Origin: the human T2T-CHM13v2.0 reference genome, Homo sapiens | Reading direction: 5' to 3' (one strand) | Length of the DNA: 64,000 nucleotides | Assembly (NCBI RefSeq): GCF_009914755.1 | Contig: NC_060928.1 | Shown here: positions 15,670-33,326 of the stretch, piece by piece | Position numbering within the stretch: the stretch's first letter is position 1 | How the letters are laid out: every line of letters begins with the position of its first letter | Position numbers and translations under genes: made by a program | The notes under the pieces: model-generated | Databases searched by the model: none | Seen by the model: the letters and a program-made list of their open reading frames with translations, nothing else | Told to the model about the DNA's origin: nothing

Positions 15670-16269
15670 AAATTGTCCTAAACAATCACACTTACTTTTT
15701 GAAAATAAATCCTATATTCTGAATTTTCATCAAGAATATCTGTAATTTATGACTCAGATTTTGTAAAAGCATCTGCAATAAAATAAAATGGTTTGAATAA
15801 AATTCCTTAGAATGTATAAAAAAAATCACACTACTTTATAAACATTATTATTCTAAACTTAAGAAACAATGATTATATCCAGAAAGAGAAATGGAATAAA
15901 ATATTTTAAAAATACACATAAGCACATGTGGATTTTAGTTTCCTCATAGTGGTTTATTATAACATAATGTTAACACATTTTTCAAAATAATTACGCTTTG
16001 AAAATGGTTTTAAAAATGTGGATGTGTATTAAAAGGTATAAAAGCAATTTTAAATTCAGATACTGAATGTTATGGAATAGAGTGCTTTGATTTCTGAAGA
16101 AAGGACAGATTATTCAGAAAGCAGTTTACTGTTCCCTTTTTCACTCCTCAAGATTCTAACAATTTCATTTCATTTTATTGTTTCAAATAAATGTACTTAA
16201 AGCTGCAATATCATTATGTTTTCATTGTGTATAGATGACACTCGCAATAAAATACCAATTTCCCTAAGA

Positions 16270-16505
16270 GTATAATAATAAACCCTGCGCTAAACAATGC
16301 TTTGTCCTTAACAAAGAGTTTTTATAAGACTCTCATATTATCTTCACAACACCCTGGGAGGTTTCACTCAGTTTCTGATCTGGAAAATTGGGGCTTACAG
16401 AAATTAAATGACTTCTCTAAATACTAAGGCTGTGAGTGGCCACACCTTGTGAACAGATCCCAGCTCTGCTGGTTTTGGTTCACTGTTTTGTCCAGTATAT
16501 CACAT
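16270..16505 (-). mobile_element. MIR
   Basis: atcttcacaacaccctgggagg...gaaaattggggcttacagaaattaaatgacttc is the reverse MIR core. Confidence 0.7.
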
Positions 16506-17989
16506 TTTCCCCAGCATAAATTAATACATTGATTGATGTCGTTATGTGTTACAAATCTGAATTACATGGACCTGAATTTTTCTCTTCCCATTACATGTTT
16601 AAATGTTATAAGGTTTATTTTAAGTAACTTTCTAGGATACGAGACATCTTTTACATTGATAAAAATGATTATCTGCCATTTCTTTGTGATTTTGTAAAAT
16701 AACCTGACTCATTCCCCTCTTTGGGATTTAAACATGATTCATAAACCATGTGAAAATCAAGTATTTTCTTGGAAGTATCAATAAATGTGTATGTAACGTA
16801 TATATCCTATCATAGAAATTGTGTAGAGAATTCTACCAAACCAAACTCCCTCCAAATTAATGAAAACAAGCTTTACTTGAGGTGCTAAGGTAGTTTCCCT
16901 GGGAGAGATGAACTCAACTGGGAGACATGGAGCTAGAATGCCACTGGGGGTTGCCATGGGATACAGTTTCATAAAAGCATTTGCAGAGCAGAAGGAAGGA
17001 AGCTAAATAAAGTATATGCAGGTATGAAATGAGAAGTTTTCTGTTTAATTTTCCATAAACAACAGAACAACTTGAAATGTTTGTCTATGTGAAAAAATTC
17101 TTTCTGTCAGAGCAAATTACGTTTGGCATTTGGAAATACAATCCCATAATTGTAGACCTAATTTGTTTTAAAACTTGAGAGAGCAGTTTTTATAACAGCA
17201 TTGTAATGCACTTCAAGGTAATAGTTTTTAAGAGCTATTGAGAAAAACAAATTAATATCATATTTAGGTAATATAAATGTATACCTCTTATTTTGTATGA
17301 TTATAGGCAAACAGAAATAGGAAACAATTTGTGACTATCCCAGGATCTAAAGTTTTATTAAGGAGAAGAGCAAATCTTTGAAAATTCTTGTGCTGATGGC
17401 CCTTTTTGCAAACTTGTTTCTTTTGCCTGCTACTCTAAGTAACTTATGGATATACTATGAAACAGCCACCATATTAATTAGTTTAACGCCTGAGAAGTTT
17501 TCAGTGAATTAATTAGCTTTACATAAAAATGTAATTTCTTACATGAAGTCTGTGTATTGAATACATGTTATACATGTCATGTAAATTTCTATTAAAAAGG
17601 CAAATGTATTTTACAGAAATACATTGACATACTAGTCCTCTCCAGAAATTACTTGAGAATATTAATGTATAAATTCTACGTATAAATAAAAACTTGAATT
17701 ACTACTTGAAAAGTATTGATTCTTAACAGTAAGAAATTAGTCACAGAACAGCCAATGGAACAACATAAAGCAAAATAAACAAAAACCTGTAGCTGCCTGT
17801 TAGCTAGTAATAAAAATGTTTCACACTTCAAGAGAGACAAATTATTGTAGTAATGATAAAATAATCCTTTCTTTGCTCCCTTTCTCCCTCCCCGTCTTCC
17901 TTCCTCTTTCTTCGTTTCACGAGGATCTTATCAAGGCTTATACTTTGCATTTGTTTGCTTTTAGCCTCTTCACCTTAATTTTTTTAAAC

Positions 17990-18790
17990 AATCACTTTTT
18001 TTGACAAAAGAGTCCTGTCTTTTTGTAGAATGCCTGCTATTCCAAATTTGTGATTTTTAGCACTTGGGATCATTTAACCTTTCCTCTGTCTTCTATATTC
18101 TCTTTAATTAAATGTAGATGTTTGATTAGATCATGGTTGACATTGTTGGCAAGAATACATTAGAGGTGATTTTCTTCATATTGCATTACCTCAAAAAGTA
18201 AAAATTTACCACCTTGACCCACTATTAGTGATCATCAACTATAAATGCAGTTATTTAGTTAAGATGGCGACTGCAAGTTCTGGCTATTTTAAGCGCACAT
18301 TTTTCCCCCTGCAATCTGTGTTGGATTCCTTTGCCAACATTTGAATATCCTGTTCTCCACTGACCATCGACATAATGGCTTTAGTGTTTACTGATGACAC
18401 TTACCTGAATTAATTATAAATGTTAAATCTCCAGTTTTATCATTCCATATAGCTTTATAATCTAGTGCATCTTGCATAAGTATTTTTCTTCTTTCTCATT
18501 TTCATATTTGTGTATGTATATATGTATGTATGTGTATGTATATTTATTTATAAATTATCATTAGGGTCCATGGATTCTTTAAAAATATATATTATAATCA
18601 ATTTTACATAGTATTTTATTTTCATGCTCACTGTGTCATAAATTTATCCAGCAAGAACATCTTCAAGCTGGGTTATTTTTCCTTTTGACGTGAGATTCCA
18701 TTAGTCTTTAGCTTCCTTGCTTTCTGACGGAATAAAGTATCCCAGACACAATTTGTACTATAGTTGCCCCACAACTGAAATCAACTTTCT
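17990..18790 (-). mobile_element. L1MC4/5-like 3'UTR fragment
   Basis: ttggcaagaatacattagaggtg; aatatcctgttctcca; cttcaagctgggttatttttccttttgac resemble antisense L1MC 3' ends. Confidence 0.6.
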
Positions 18791-21046
18791 AAGGAGGAAA
18801 GGGAGTAAATTATCTGACTGGTGTATTTGGGAGAAAGAACAGACAAAATGTGGCTCAGTCTCTTTAGGGCTCTGACTCCTTTATAAGGATAACTCGGCAG
18901 AATGCGTATATTCTAGGGTGCTCCCATACAGGTGGTAAAGGACCTGCCCCAGTGGGGAAAACCTGTGGTTGCCCAGCTGCTCTAAAGACTGAGTGGAAAA
19001 GTCTGCCTAGTTTAAAACTGGAGGACATGTCCATTATTACTGCGCAATGAATCCATGTACTCCAATCTAGCTTTTATCAAGAATAAAACTGACATTTTTA
19101 TCTACTGTCATTGTGATTCCCTCTCTCTCTGAATTGGTTGTGAACTTGCACAAGAAAAATGGGTTATCATATTATTGAATTCAAAACCATTATAAAATTT
19201 ATTTGAAGAAAAGTCTCATCACATTAAAATATAAGCACAAATATAAACACAAATCTACGGTGCAACAGAGAATGAAATCTTGCCTAAAGAGAAATGATAC
19301 ATTTGCACCTACATGAATTCTAATGACCAAAGATTAGTTATTGGTAACTTTACCAAAAATAAATTTTTAACCTAGGCTGTCGGTAAGTTCTGATAGAAAC
19401 ATAGCCCAAAAAAAGAACTAAAACTCTTAAAATTTGGTATGTGTTAGCAGAGCATCTGGCTGATCTCAGCAGTGGGCACTGCCCATCTACCTGCTAACTG
19501 CTAGTGGTCCCATTAACCCAGATGACCTACTGCACTTTGCAAAAAAGACACCAAGAGTAGCATAGGTCTGAAGAGAATCTGATTTACAGAGTCCACTTAA
19601 TTCTGTCTCATTTTCTAAATAGATACTGTATTAGATAAAGATTATACTCTTCGCATATATGTCACTTTCTTAATTATATTGAAAATTTCTCAAAGTTATT
19701 TTATAACCCTAGCATAGTAACTTATAAGTAGTAGGTATTCAATTAAAGTTTTGTTTTCAAAGTCATTCTCACTTAATAATTAGTTACAACTTTTGCCTTT
19801 TTGGTGCCATTATATATTTTTTAATCTTTCTAAAAATCTTTTTAGTCAGATATTACAAAGAAAGTTCATAAATAGGTCACAGAAAGCAATTTCTCCATTT
19901 ACCTCCAAATTGTTTTCCAAACACATTACTACAAGAGGGTGGTCATTGATCTTGCTCTGCAAGAACAATTGATTGGTTGCCAGTGTTTCTACAATCCCAA
20001 GGGTTATTTTAAAACTCAGGTAATTTTCATTATGCTAAAATGCATTCTCATTTAAATTTCTGTTGGCTGCTGAAAGCAGTACTTGTTAAGAGAAATTTCA
20101 TTTACTTTTCCTGAGAGAATACATGCATCCTTGAAGAATACATTACATTTTCTCTGCTATCTAAGTCATTATCTGGTGGTAAAAATGCTGCTTAGTAATA
20201 TTAACTCATTTAGGTTACTAAGACATTCTTTAGTGCATGTCTCCTGCTAATTTGAAACCAAGGGCATTTCCTGACTGGCATTTATTTATATTCCTTCTGA
20301 CGTCACACTCGCCCTCACTCCACAATATTCAATATACTCTGGAAATAAACTTAAGAAATAGACATGACTGATAACATTTGCTTCCAAGGAGGAGACCTGA
20401 GGACTGTATACTGGTATAAAAGAGAGAATTACTTTTGTCTTTTCTCTCCTTTTTTTAACTCCTTGAGCTTCTTTTAGCATATGTTACCAACTTAAAAAAA
20501 TACGAGATTCAAAGCACAAAAACAAGTATTATGGAGTCTGTCAGAGAATCAGTCTTAGTAAAAAAAAAAAAAAATTGCTTAAGTTTAATTGAGCAACTAT
20601 ATCTCTAAACAAGTAAAGTGTGGAGCAAGTTGACCTGCATCTGGACAATATCGTCAAAATTAGGCAGGATAATGGGTATCCATGATACTTCCTTCACATT
20701 TTATTTTGTCCTTTGAAGAATTTGCTTTGATCATTGTCTTTAAGATCCTCTTATTTAAATAAAAAGACATAGTCCTCCTGGTTGGTTATTAGTACACCTT
20801 GTGTCTTCTTTCTTACTTCTATTTTATGTAGAGCTTCCTTAGCTCCATGTAAATTAGAAATACTGGAGACACACTACGGTTCAGTTAAAACTATAGAGTT
20901 CTTCCATTTGGAAACACAACCCACAGCAATAAAGTACATTATATACAGAATTAGAGAACACTGCCTTTTAAAAATATTTGACACTGTTTTACCATGAGAG
21001 CCAATCAATAATTCAGTGAAGGATCTGCTTAAATTTTTAAAGCCAT

Positions 21047-21422
21047 TGTATTAGTCCATTCTTATGCTGATACGAAGAAATACCCAAGACTGGGTAATTT
21101 ATAAAGAAAAGAGGTTTAATTAACTCACAGTTCCACAGGGTTGGGGAGGCCTCAGAAAATTCACAATCATGGTGGAAGGGGAAGCAAACACATCCTTCTT
21201 CACATGGCAACAAGAAGGAGAAGAAGAATGAGAGAAGTGCAGAGAAGGGTGGAAAAGCCTGTCACAAAACCACCAGATCTCGTGAGAACTCACTCACTCT
21301 CATGAGAACATGGGGGAAAGGCCCCCATGATTCAATCACCTCCCACAAGGTCCTTCCCCCAACCTGTAGGGATTACAATTCAAGATGAGAATTGGCTGGG
21401 GACATAGAGCTAGACTATATCA
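21047..21422 (-). mobile_element. THE1D-like MaLR solo LTR
   Basis: tgtattagtccattctt...gagctagactatatca; perfect 5-bp TSD gccat (21042-21046 / 21423-21427). Confidence 0.93.
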
Positions 21423-21837
21423 GCCATCAACAAAAATAAGTTACTTAATGCATAACTGCATTTGATACTGATGGAGATAATTATTTAAAATATTCAAAGA
21501 TGTGGTCTAAGAAATATCCACACCAGGATTATTGGAATTCCTTGTGAAAATGCAGAAACTTACGTTTTTCCTCAACTCAATAAATGAGAATGTTCAGGGG
21601 TCCACTTCAGGGGGATCTAGATTCTTCTAAAGGCCCAAAGGTAAATATTTTTTATACTTAAGCCCTAGAATAATAACTTTAGAAACTTTAGGTAAGAAAG
21701 ACTACATCGATTTCTAGGTAGAAAAATGAAAAGATACAGAGAAAAGATACAGTTATACACATATTTTTTTCAATGATCAAATTTCCATTTTTTTTTTTCC
21801 TGTGCAGATCAGCATCAGTTTAAATATATCCTCACTG

Positions 21838-22500
21838 GGAGAGTGACGTTGACATGATGGCAGAATAGTTTCTACTATGTTCTTCTCACAGTGCACCGAT
21901 TTGGACAAAAACCCACAGCAAGAGTGCCTTTGTAGGAGTCTAGGAGTCCAATCAGTAAGTTCCAGCAAACAGTTGAAGTGGAAAAAAAAAAAAAAAAAGC
22001 CAAGAATAGATGCATTGAAGAGGTAAGAAAAACAGTTTCACTTTACTTGCATCATCCTTCCTGCAGAGGGGCCCAGCTAAGTGCCAACAGATATCCCTTG
22101 GACTGAAACTCCTTCCACAAGGGAAAGTTAGAGGAGAGTGAGTGAGTAACCCAGCTTCCCCAGATATGTATAACACTGCTCAAGAGCCACCTCTTTCTTG
22201 CCCCACCAGAATACTCAGGGGCTCAGCAGAGCCGATTGGCTGGGAGCAGGGAAGAGAGTGGAGTACTGAAAGCAATTAGGCCTCCTGGAACTTAACAAAG
22301 AGCTGTGTATCTTACTCAGCAATTCAGGAACTCATCAGAAGGCTGCTTGGGACGCCTCAACCACGGAGCCTTTCAGCTGGCCCACCAGAGGCTGCAATGC
22401 TCCATGTCACCTGATGCCCCCCAAGGCTGGCTTCCCATGAACACACCTGGAATGTGAAGTTGAGAGTGGGCAGACAGAGCATGAGCAGTCCACCAACTCA
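21838..22500 (+). mobile_element. Isolated old L1 5'UTR fragment (L1M1/L1M2-type)
   Basis: gtgacgttgacatgatggcagaatag (YY1-like start), then gcattgaagaggtaagaaaaacagtttcactttac; local GC increase. Confidence 0.6.
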
Positions 22501-25500
22501 TGTTACCTGGGACGGTTAAAGTTATGTGTTTCCCTGACTATAATTATTCCCAAAGAAAGAATCAATGTAGTATGGAAGAGAAGAGGGGTAGGAAGAATGC
22601 GGTTTTGTGACATGGGGGTAGATATATCAAAAAAATTACACCATTTCAAAGCTTAGGAACACAGATGCAGACTTTTGACACATCAATTTCCCATGTATGA
22701 AAGAAGGATATGTTAAAGTTTTGTTAGGCCCCAAAGGATTGAAAGAAACGAATTGTCTAAACAATTTGTTCATATCTAAAGGGAAAAAACCAGTATTTTG
22801 AAATTTGAACATGCCAAGCTTTACCTTAGTCAAAAATATTGCTATTTTAATGTTGTCAATTCACATTCACAGCTCTTATTATTTGCCTAATAATTATTGT
22901 ATTTTTTTGTCATTGGTATCTATCTTATGTTAATTCTGAAACATTTTCTAACTTTAAAATTGTCAGGATTTTCCTAAAGACTTTTCTTCTCCTTAACAGA
23001 CAGCCTTGTTACTTACTAGACTGAAACTCCAGAATATGTCAAAAGGAGAACTAATCTTAGTAAAATAATTATGATAATATATTTCTATGATAGTAGGATA
23101 ATAGAACATGACAGACAAAACTTGATGATAAAATGTATGGTAACATATTTCATGCAACATCAACAGAGTGATTTTTTTAAATAGCAGTAAGGAAAATTCA
23201 GCTATCAACCTGTTTTCACGATATTAGCGGAAAATGCGTTTCAGATTTTTCAGCCAAATGCTATGGATTAGGTTTATTGGGTTAACATCTAATAATAAAA
23301 GCTCTGTATGCTTTTTCAGGTTATATGAGAATATATTTTCCTAATAAAACATGTCATATATAAAAAAGAAACACATTAACCTCTTAATTTGGGGAATTAC
23401 ATTTAATAAAGTACACCATTAATAAAACAGTAAATTCCAGTATTATATCATTATAGAGTTTCCAGATTTTGGGAGAATATTTTCCCTTGTTATGATAGAA
23501 CTAAAATCTTTAAGCCACCAAAGCAAGAAAAATAAAATAAAATACACATAGAAATGATAAAAAGTTGGTAAGAAGAACTGATAGCAGCAGATTTATTGTG
23601 AGGTTCTTTGAGCAAGTTGACCTGAAATGAGCACAAAGTAAGGGGCATGAAACCACATTTTTCCCTGGTGGTAATTTCTGAAATTTATTCATTGCTTTAC
23701 TCCTTGGCTCATAGGTTCTTCCAGGTGTTTCTCACTGTAGTAATGACAAAGCCAAGGAAAGCTGTTTAGGGTCAAATTATCACAGTGGACCCCAGCAGCC
23801 AGTGAGCTGTTGGGAGGAGTGAGAGTATTTATGTTTATAACAGGACTTATTGGGCCAAATAAGACATTTTCATTTATTAAGTTCTTTTTCATCTGGTTTA
23901 TTTTTTACTGATCTCTGGCATTACCTAGGTTTTTTTTTTCTTTTGCAATTGTAACGTTAAGTTTCTTTTTTTTTTTAATCCTGGAAAATAGAACACTTCT
24001 AAGCCTGCGTCAGCTTATTCTGTGGACTACTTAAGTTTGGCAGTATACATACCACAAAACTAAATCTTATAGGGGAGATAAAGGATTTCAAGAGTCAGTG
24101 AGCCAAAGAAGAGTGAGATCCTGTGACCAGAAGTAGGAGCAAGGGAGCTAGGCCTGACCTTGGAGTTTGAGATCACTTCCAAGAAGTAGGGCCTGGACTT
24201 TGAGATATAGGTGTTCTTGGAGGACTTGCATTAGTAGCAGGTTTTGGGCACTTACCAAATGGGGATATGCTAGGAGCAAATTAAGGAACGGGTATGGCCA
24301 CAACTCAGTTGAAGCGGTATGGGCAGAACAGTGCAGAGTGTTAGTGCCAGCAGAAGCAAGTGTCAGTCATTATCACTCCTCTACTTGCCTTGGTGATCTC
24401 ATGAGGGCTAAGAACTGAAGAGGGAGATTCATCACCTCATGTGGAGGCTTGTCCAGAGTGATATTAAGTGATAGCTCCTTGCTGGGAGAAGTTTCCAGCA
24501 ATAAGTAAGGCTATCTTAGAGAGATTAAATTTTTGTGTAGGCATGTAGGTATTTGAAAGCTATCATGGCTAACAATTTGATTTTGAAAAAAAAGTATTCT
24601 GAAATACTGAGTTGGTAAGGCATGGACACAGCCACCACAAAATTATTATAACAAAAATAAGCCAGGATTTAAATTTTAGTTATCTCATTCTAACTACTCA
24701 CTTGGCTTCTTTGAAATTGAATTCTGCATATGTAAAATGTATATTAAAGCAATGATTTTATTTTGGTCTAGTACATGAAACATAAGAGTTCTGTGAAAGT
24801 ATAAAGTTTTGTGGTAAGATGAGTACAATATTTTGCAAAATTAGGAAACTTAGCTGGTTAATAACACAGAAAATCTCAGAGAACCTGATAATATGTAATA
24901 ATAAACACACATGAACACCATGTACCAGAGGAAATGCAGTGTTCTTTACTTTAAAAAAAAATCTTGAAGGACACCAGTAAAGTGGCTTCACAAAACGGCA
25001 ATATTCCATCTTTCAGTGCCCAAACTTAAGTAGAAAGCACTGATCTTTAAAAGGTTTTGAAAATCTCATATTCATTAAACCAGTCCTTTTCATGTAAGAA
25101 ATGTTGACAATCTAACAGCTAGTGACTTCCTGTATCAAAAGAAACAAACAAACAAAACCATCAAATGCTGATTGGCAGCAACAGCTGAGCTATCTAAAGT
25201 CAAAAAAAAAAAAAAGAAGGAAAGGAGAAAGAGGGAGAAAGAGAAAGGACAACCTTCTGTCACAAAGGGGCTGGGAAAGTACAGTTATGTGGTAGACTGC
25301 CAGAAATGACCTGTGGTATTTATATGAGAGAAACCCAGATATTAGAGGAGGAGCTGCTCATCCCTGCTGTAAGAGTTGCTTACTCAGCGCAGGAGTAGAA
25401 AATGTCTTTAGTTTGAAAATTCGAAGATACTTTAAGCGGAATGGAAAACCAATGTTAAAGAACTAAAATTTAAAGAATGCTATATAAAACATGTATATTT

Positions 25501-25861
25501 AATGGCTATTATAAATGCTAAAAATAATGTTTAATACTGTTTATATCACGAACCATGTCAACCATTAGGAAAATAGAGATATTAAACAAACAAAAATTTG
25601 ACTTCAAATTTGACTCATTCAAATTTCTGGGAATTGATGACATCTTTCACTTCATTTTTCTCCCCCAACCCCCAATAATAAAGGCTTGTTAATTGATCTG
25701 TTTTTTCAGGTATAACCTATATCATAAATCTAAGGACCAGTTAACAAATTAAGACCTCCATTTCTGGATTAAACTTTTTACCAGGTTTTTGGACTTCTAA
25801 TAGCACCAATATTTCTCTCTATATACGAGGTAAAACATACCCTTAGATATTAAAGATACAT

Positions 25862-25967
25862 AGGCACACACACACTCATGCACACACACACATATACACA
25901 TACACACACATATATACACACACACTATATATACACATACACACACACTATATATATATATATATAA
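25862..25967. repeat. Imperfect (CA)n/(TA)n microsatellite
   Basis: Seen directly; continues at 26456-26494 on the other side of the LTR. Confidence 0.95.
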
Positions 25968-25968
25968 A

Positions 25969-26455
25969 TGAAACTGACCCAATTGTCCTATAGAATTGAT
26001 GTTTATCATTTCTTTTGAATAAACAAAAAAATCAACCCTCAAAGCCTTGAACTTGAGAAATTTACATTTGTCTTACTTGAGTTTCTTTCTCAGGAAACCA
26101 ACCAATAGGCCTCCCAGATAGTATCAAGGAGCTGAAACTGACCGGATCACTGCATTTGGACAATGAGATGCCAGACCCCTCACCCACAGATTACCTAAAG
26201 AACTACCTGCTTCCTGTTGACTAACTCCTCTTCCTTACCCCTCACTAATTCCTGTTTCTCTGCATGTAGGTATATTTCTTCTATATAAACTCCTAATTGT
26301 AGTCAGTCAGAGAGATGGATTTCAGACTGATCTGCCAGCTCCTCGGCTACAGCACCCAACTAAAGTCTTCTTCCTTGGCAATACCTGTCGCCATCATTTC
26401 CTTTCTGTGCAGCAAGCAGCAGGACCTTGATGGAACCCCCAGTGTTTTGGTAACA
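25969..26455 (+). mobile_element. ERV1 solo LTR (MER66-like)
   Basis: tgaaactgacccaattgtcctatag...gtgttttggtaaca; TG..CA termini; TATA ctatataaa at 26281; subfamily from memory. Confidence 0.8.
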
Positions 26456-26462
26456 TACACAC

Positions 26463-26494
<32 letters not shown>

Positions 26495-27515
26495 TGAACT
26501 CAGTTGTCAAGAGTGACTCATGCTACACCTAGATGCCTATACTCTTATCCACAAAGTACATCTCTAACTAATCATAACATCCTTACTCAACTAACCTGAA
26601 CATGACCTCCTAAATTTTCTCAAGACAGTGCTGCAGGAGGTCTCTAACAATCCATGAGGGTTAGCATAAGACTGGAAACCTATTTGCTACCCCACGTGTT
26701 GAGAGGTTCTCTGAATAATAGCACCCTATTTTCCTATAACCTGATAGTATATTCTCAATGGCAGCTTCTGAAATTGACTTCTAACAGTAGATCACTTGCT
26801 GACTTTATCTTTAAGTGGAAAGAGAAAACTGGGGAGAACTAATCAGCAGCACTTCTCCTGGTTGTAGCAACAGGCATCAATGATTTCCTTATCCTTCCTT
26901 TGTGGCAAATGTATGCCACTACTGATACTTTCTAAGGATGGGGGCTTCTAGAACTTTTCCTGTCAGCTAATATTTTAAGATCATCATGGGTCTCTGACAT
27001 AGATGTTGCTTTCTTTTTAATGTGATCAACCAATGTTGACTTTTATTTGCTTCATCTAAAAACCAGCCCCAGCAAGTTTCTTTTTAGCTGTCTTTAGACA
27101 ACTACTTACAAAGAAGAGTCACATACTAAAACCTATTTATAGACAATGTCCCCCCATCATTTCTACTAAAATTAACAAGTCTGTGCCATACCAAATCAGG
27201 CTCCTAGCTATTCCTTGGTCTATCTTTGGTCATATTTTTATAACCTGCACCTTACAACAAGATTAGCTCTCTTACGGAAAAAAGAAGACATTCACCCCTA
27301 CAAGTCGCAACATAGAGCCCATGATTTCACCTGGCGGTGCGCAAGCTTTGGGGAAAATGGCAACTTGGTAAAAGTACAAATTCTTCACATACCCTCTTAA
27401 AGGTACTGTGCAGAAATAACTGTTGAAAATCACCTTTATAAATAACCCTGGTGCCCCAAATAATTACTCAGAGTGCAATCTATATTTTAAAAGTCAGTTA
27501 AAAATTACATATGTT

Positions 27516-28423
27516 GGGGGGAGGAGCCAAGATGGCCGAATAGGAACAGCTCCAGTCTACAGCTCCCAGCGTGAGCAACGCAGAAGACCGGTGATTTCTG
27601 CATTTCCATCTGAGGTACCGGGTTCATCTCACTAGGGAGTGCCAGACAGTGGGCGCAGGTCAGTGGGTGGGCGCACCGTGAGCGAGCCAAAGTAGGGCGA
27701 GGCATTGCCTCACTCAGGAAGCACAAGGGGTCAGGGAGTTCCCTTTCCCAGTCAAAGAAAGGGGTGACAGACGGCACCTGGAAAATCGTGTCACTCCCAC
27801 CCGAATACTGTGCTTTTCCAACGGGCTTAAAACACAGCGCACCTGGAGAATATATCCTGCACCTGCCTCGGAGGGTCCTATGCCCACGGAGACTCGCTGA
27901 TTGCTAGCACAGCAGTCTGAGATCAAACTGCAAGGCCGCAGCCAGGCTTGGGGAGGGGCACCCGCTATTGCCCAGGCTTGCTTAGGTAAACAAAGCAGCC
28001 TGGAAGCTCAAACTGGGTGGAGCCCACCACAGCTCAAGGAGGCCTGCCTGCCTCTGTAGGCTCCACCTCTGGGGGCAGGGCACAGACAAACAAAAAGACA
28101 GCAGTAACCTCTGCAGACTTAAATGTCCCTGTCTGACAGCTTTGAAGAGAGCAGTGGTTCTCCCAGCACGCAGCTGGAGATCTGAGAACCAGCAGACAGC
28201 CTCCTCAAGTGGGTCCCTGACCCCTGACCCCCCAGCAGCCTAACTGGGAGGCACCCCCCAGCAGGGGCACACTGACACCTCACACAGCCAGGTACTCCAA
28301 CAGACCTGCAGCTGAGGGTCCTGTCTGTTAGAAGGAAAACTAACAAACAGAAAGGACATCCACACCAAAAACCCATCTGTACATCACCATCATCAAAGAC
28401 CAAAAGTAGATAAAACCACAAAA
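27516..28423 (+). promoter_or_regulatory. L1 5'UTR internal sense and antisense promoter with intact YY1 site
   Basis: YY1 motif caagatggc at 27528-27536; many consensus CpGs decayed to TpG/CpA. Confidence 0.8.
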
Positions 28424-29440
28424 ATGGGGAAAAAACACAGCAGAAAAACTGGAAACTCTAAAAAGGAGAGCAACTCTCCTCCTCCAAAGGAACGCAGTTC
28501 CTCACCAGCAATGGAACAAAGCTGGACGGAGAATGACTTTGACGAGCTGAGAGAAGAAGGCTTCAGACGATCAAATTACTCTGAGCTACGGGAGGACATT
28601 CAAACCAAAGGCAAAGAAATTGAAAACTTTGAAAAAAATTTAGAAGAATGTATAACTAGAATAACCAAAACAGAGAAGAGCTTAACGGAGCTGATGGAGC
28701 TGAAAACCAAGGCTCGAGAACTAAGTGAAGAATGCAGAAGCCTCAGGAGCTGATGCGATCAACTGGAAGAAAGGGTATCAGCAATGGAAGATGAAATGAA
28801 TGAAATGAAGCGAGAAGGGAAGTTTAGAGAAAAAAGAATAAAAAGAAATGAGCAAAGCCTCCAAGAAATATGGGACTATGTGAAAAGACCAAATCTACGT
28901 CTGATTGCTGTACCTGAAAGTGACTGGGAGAATGGAACCAAGTTGGAAAACACTCTGCAGGATATTATCCAGGAGAACTTCCCCAATCTAGCAAGGCAGG
29001 CCAACGTTCAGATTCAGGAAATACAGAGAACGCCACAAAGATACTCCTCGAGAAGAGCAACTCCAAGACACATAATTGTCAGATTCACCAAAGTTGAAAT
29101 GAAGGAAAAAATGTTAAGGGCAGCCAGAGAGAAAGGTCGGGTTACCCTCAAAGGGAAGCCCATCAGACTAACAGCAGATCTCTCGGCAGAAACTCTACAA
29201 GCCAGAAGAGAGTGGGGGCCAATATTCAACATTCTTAAAGAAAAGAATTTTCAACCCAGAATTTCATATCCAGCCAAACTAAGCTTCATAAGTGAAGGAG
29301 AAATAAAATCCTTTACAGACAAGCAAATGCTGAGAGATTCTGTCACCACCAGGCCTGCCCTAAAAGAGCTCCTGAAAGAAGCGCTAAACATGGAAAGGAA
29401 CAACCGATACCAGCCGCTGCAAAATCATGCCAAAATGTAA
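28424..29440 (+). pseudogene. L1 ORF1p, premature stop
   Basis: MGKKHSRKTGNSK...LRS then TGA at 28751-28753 (CGA>TGA); same frame continues to ...QPLQNHAKM. Confidence 0.95.
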
Positions 29441-29503
29441 AGACCATAGAGACTAGGAAGAAACTGCATCAACTAATGAGCAAAATAACCAGCTAACATC
29501 ATA

Positions 29504-33326
<3,823 letters not shown>

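Noticed and set aside
19443-19498. Nested inverted repeats (gttagcag/ctgctaac enclosing two small palindromes) suggesting a structured RNA
   Set aside because: Inner loops are only 1-2 nt, stems are short, and there are no tRNA, snoRNA or Pol III motifs.
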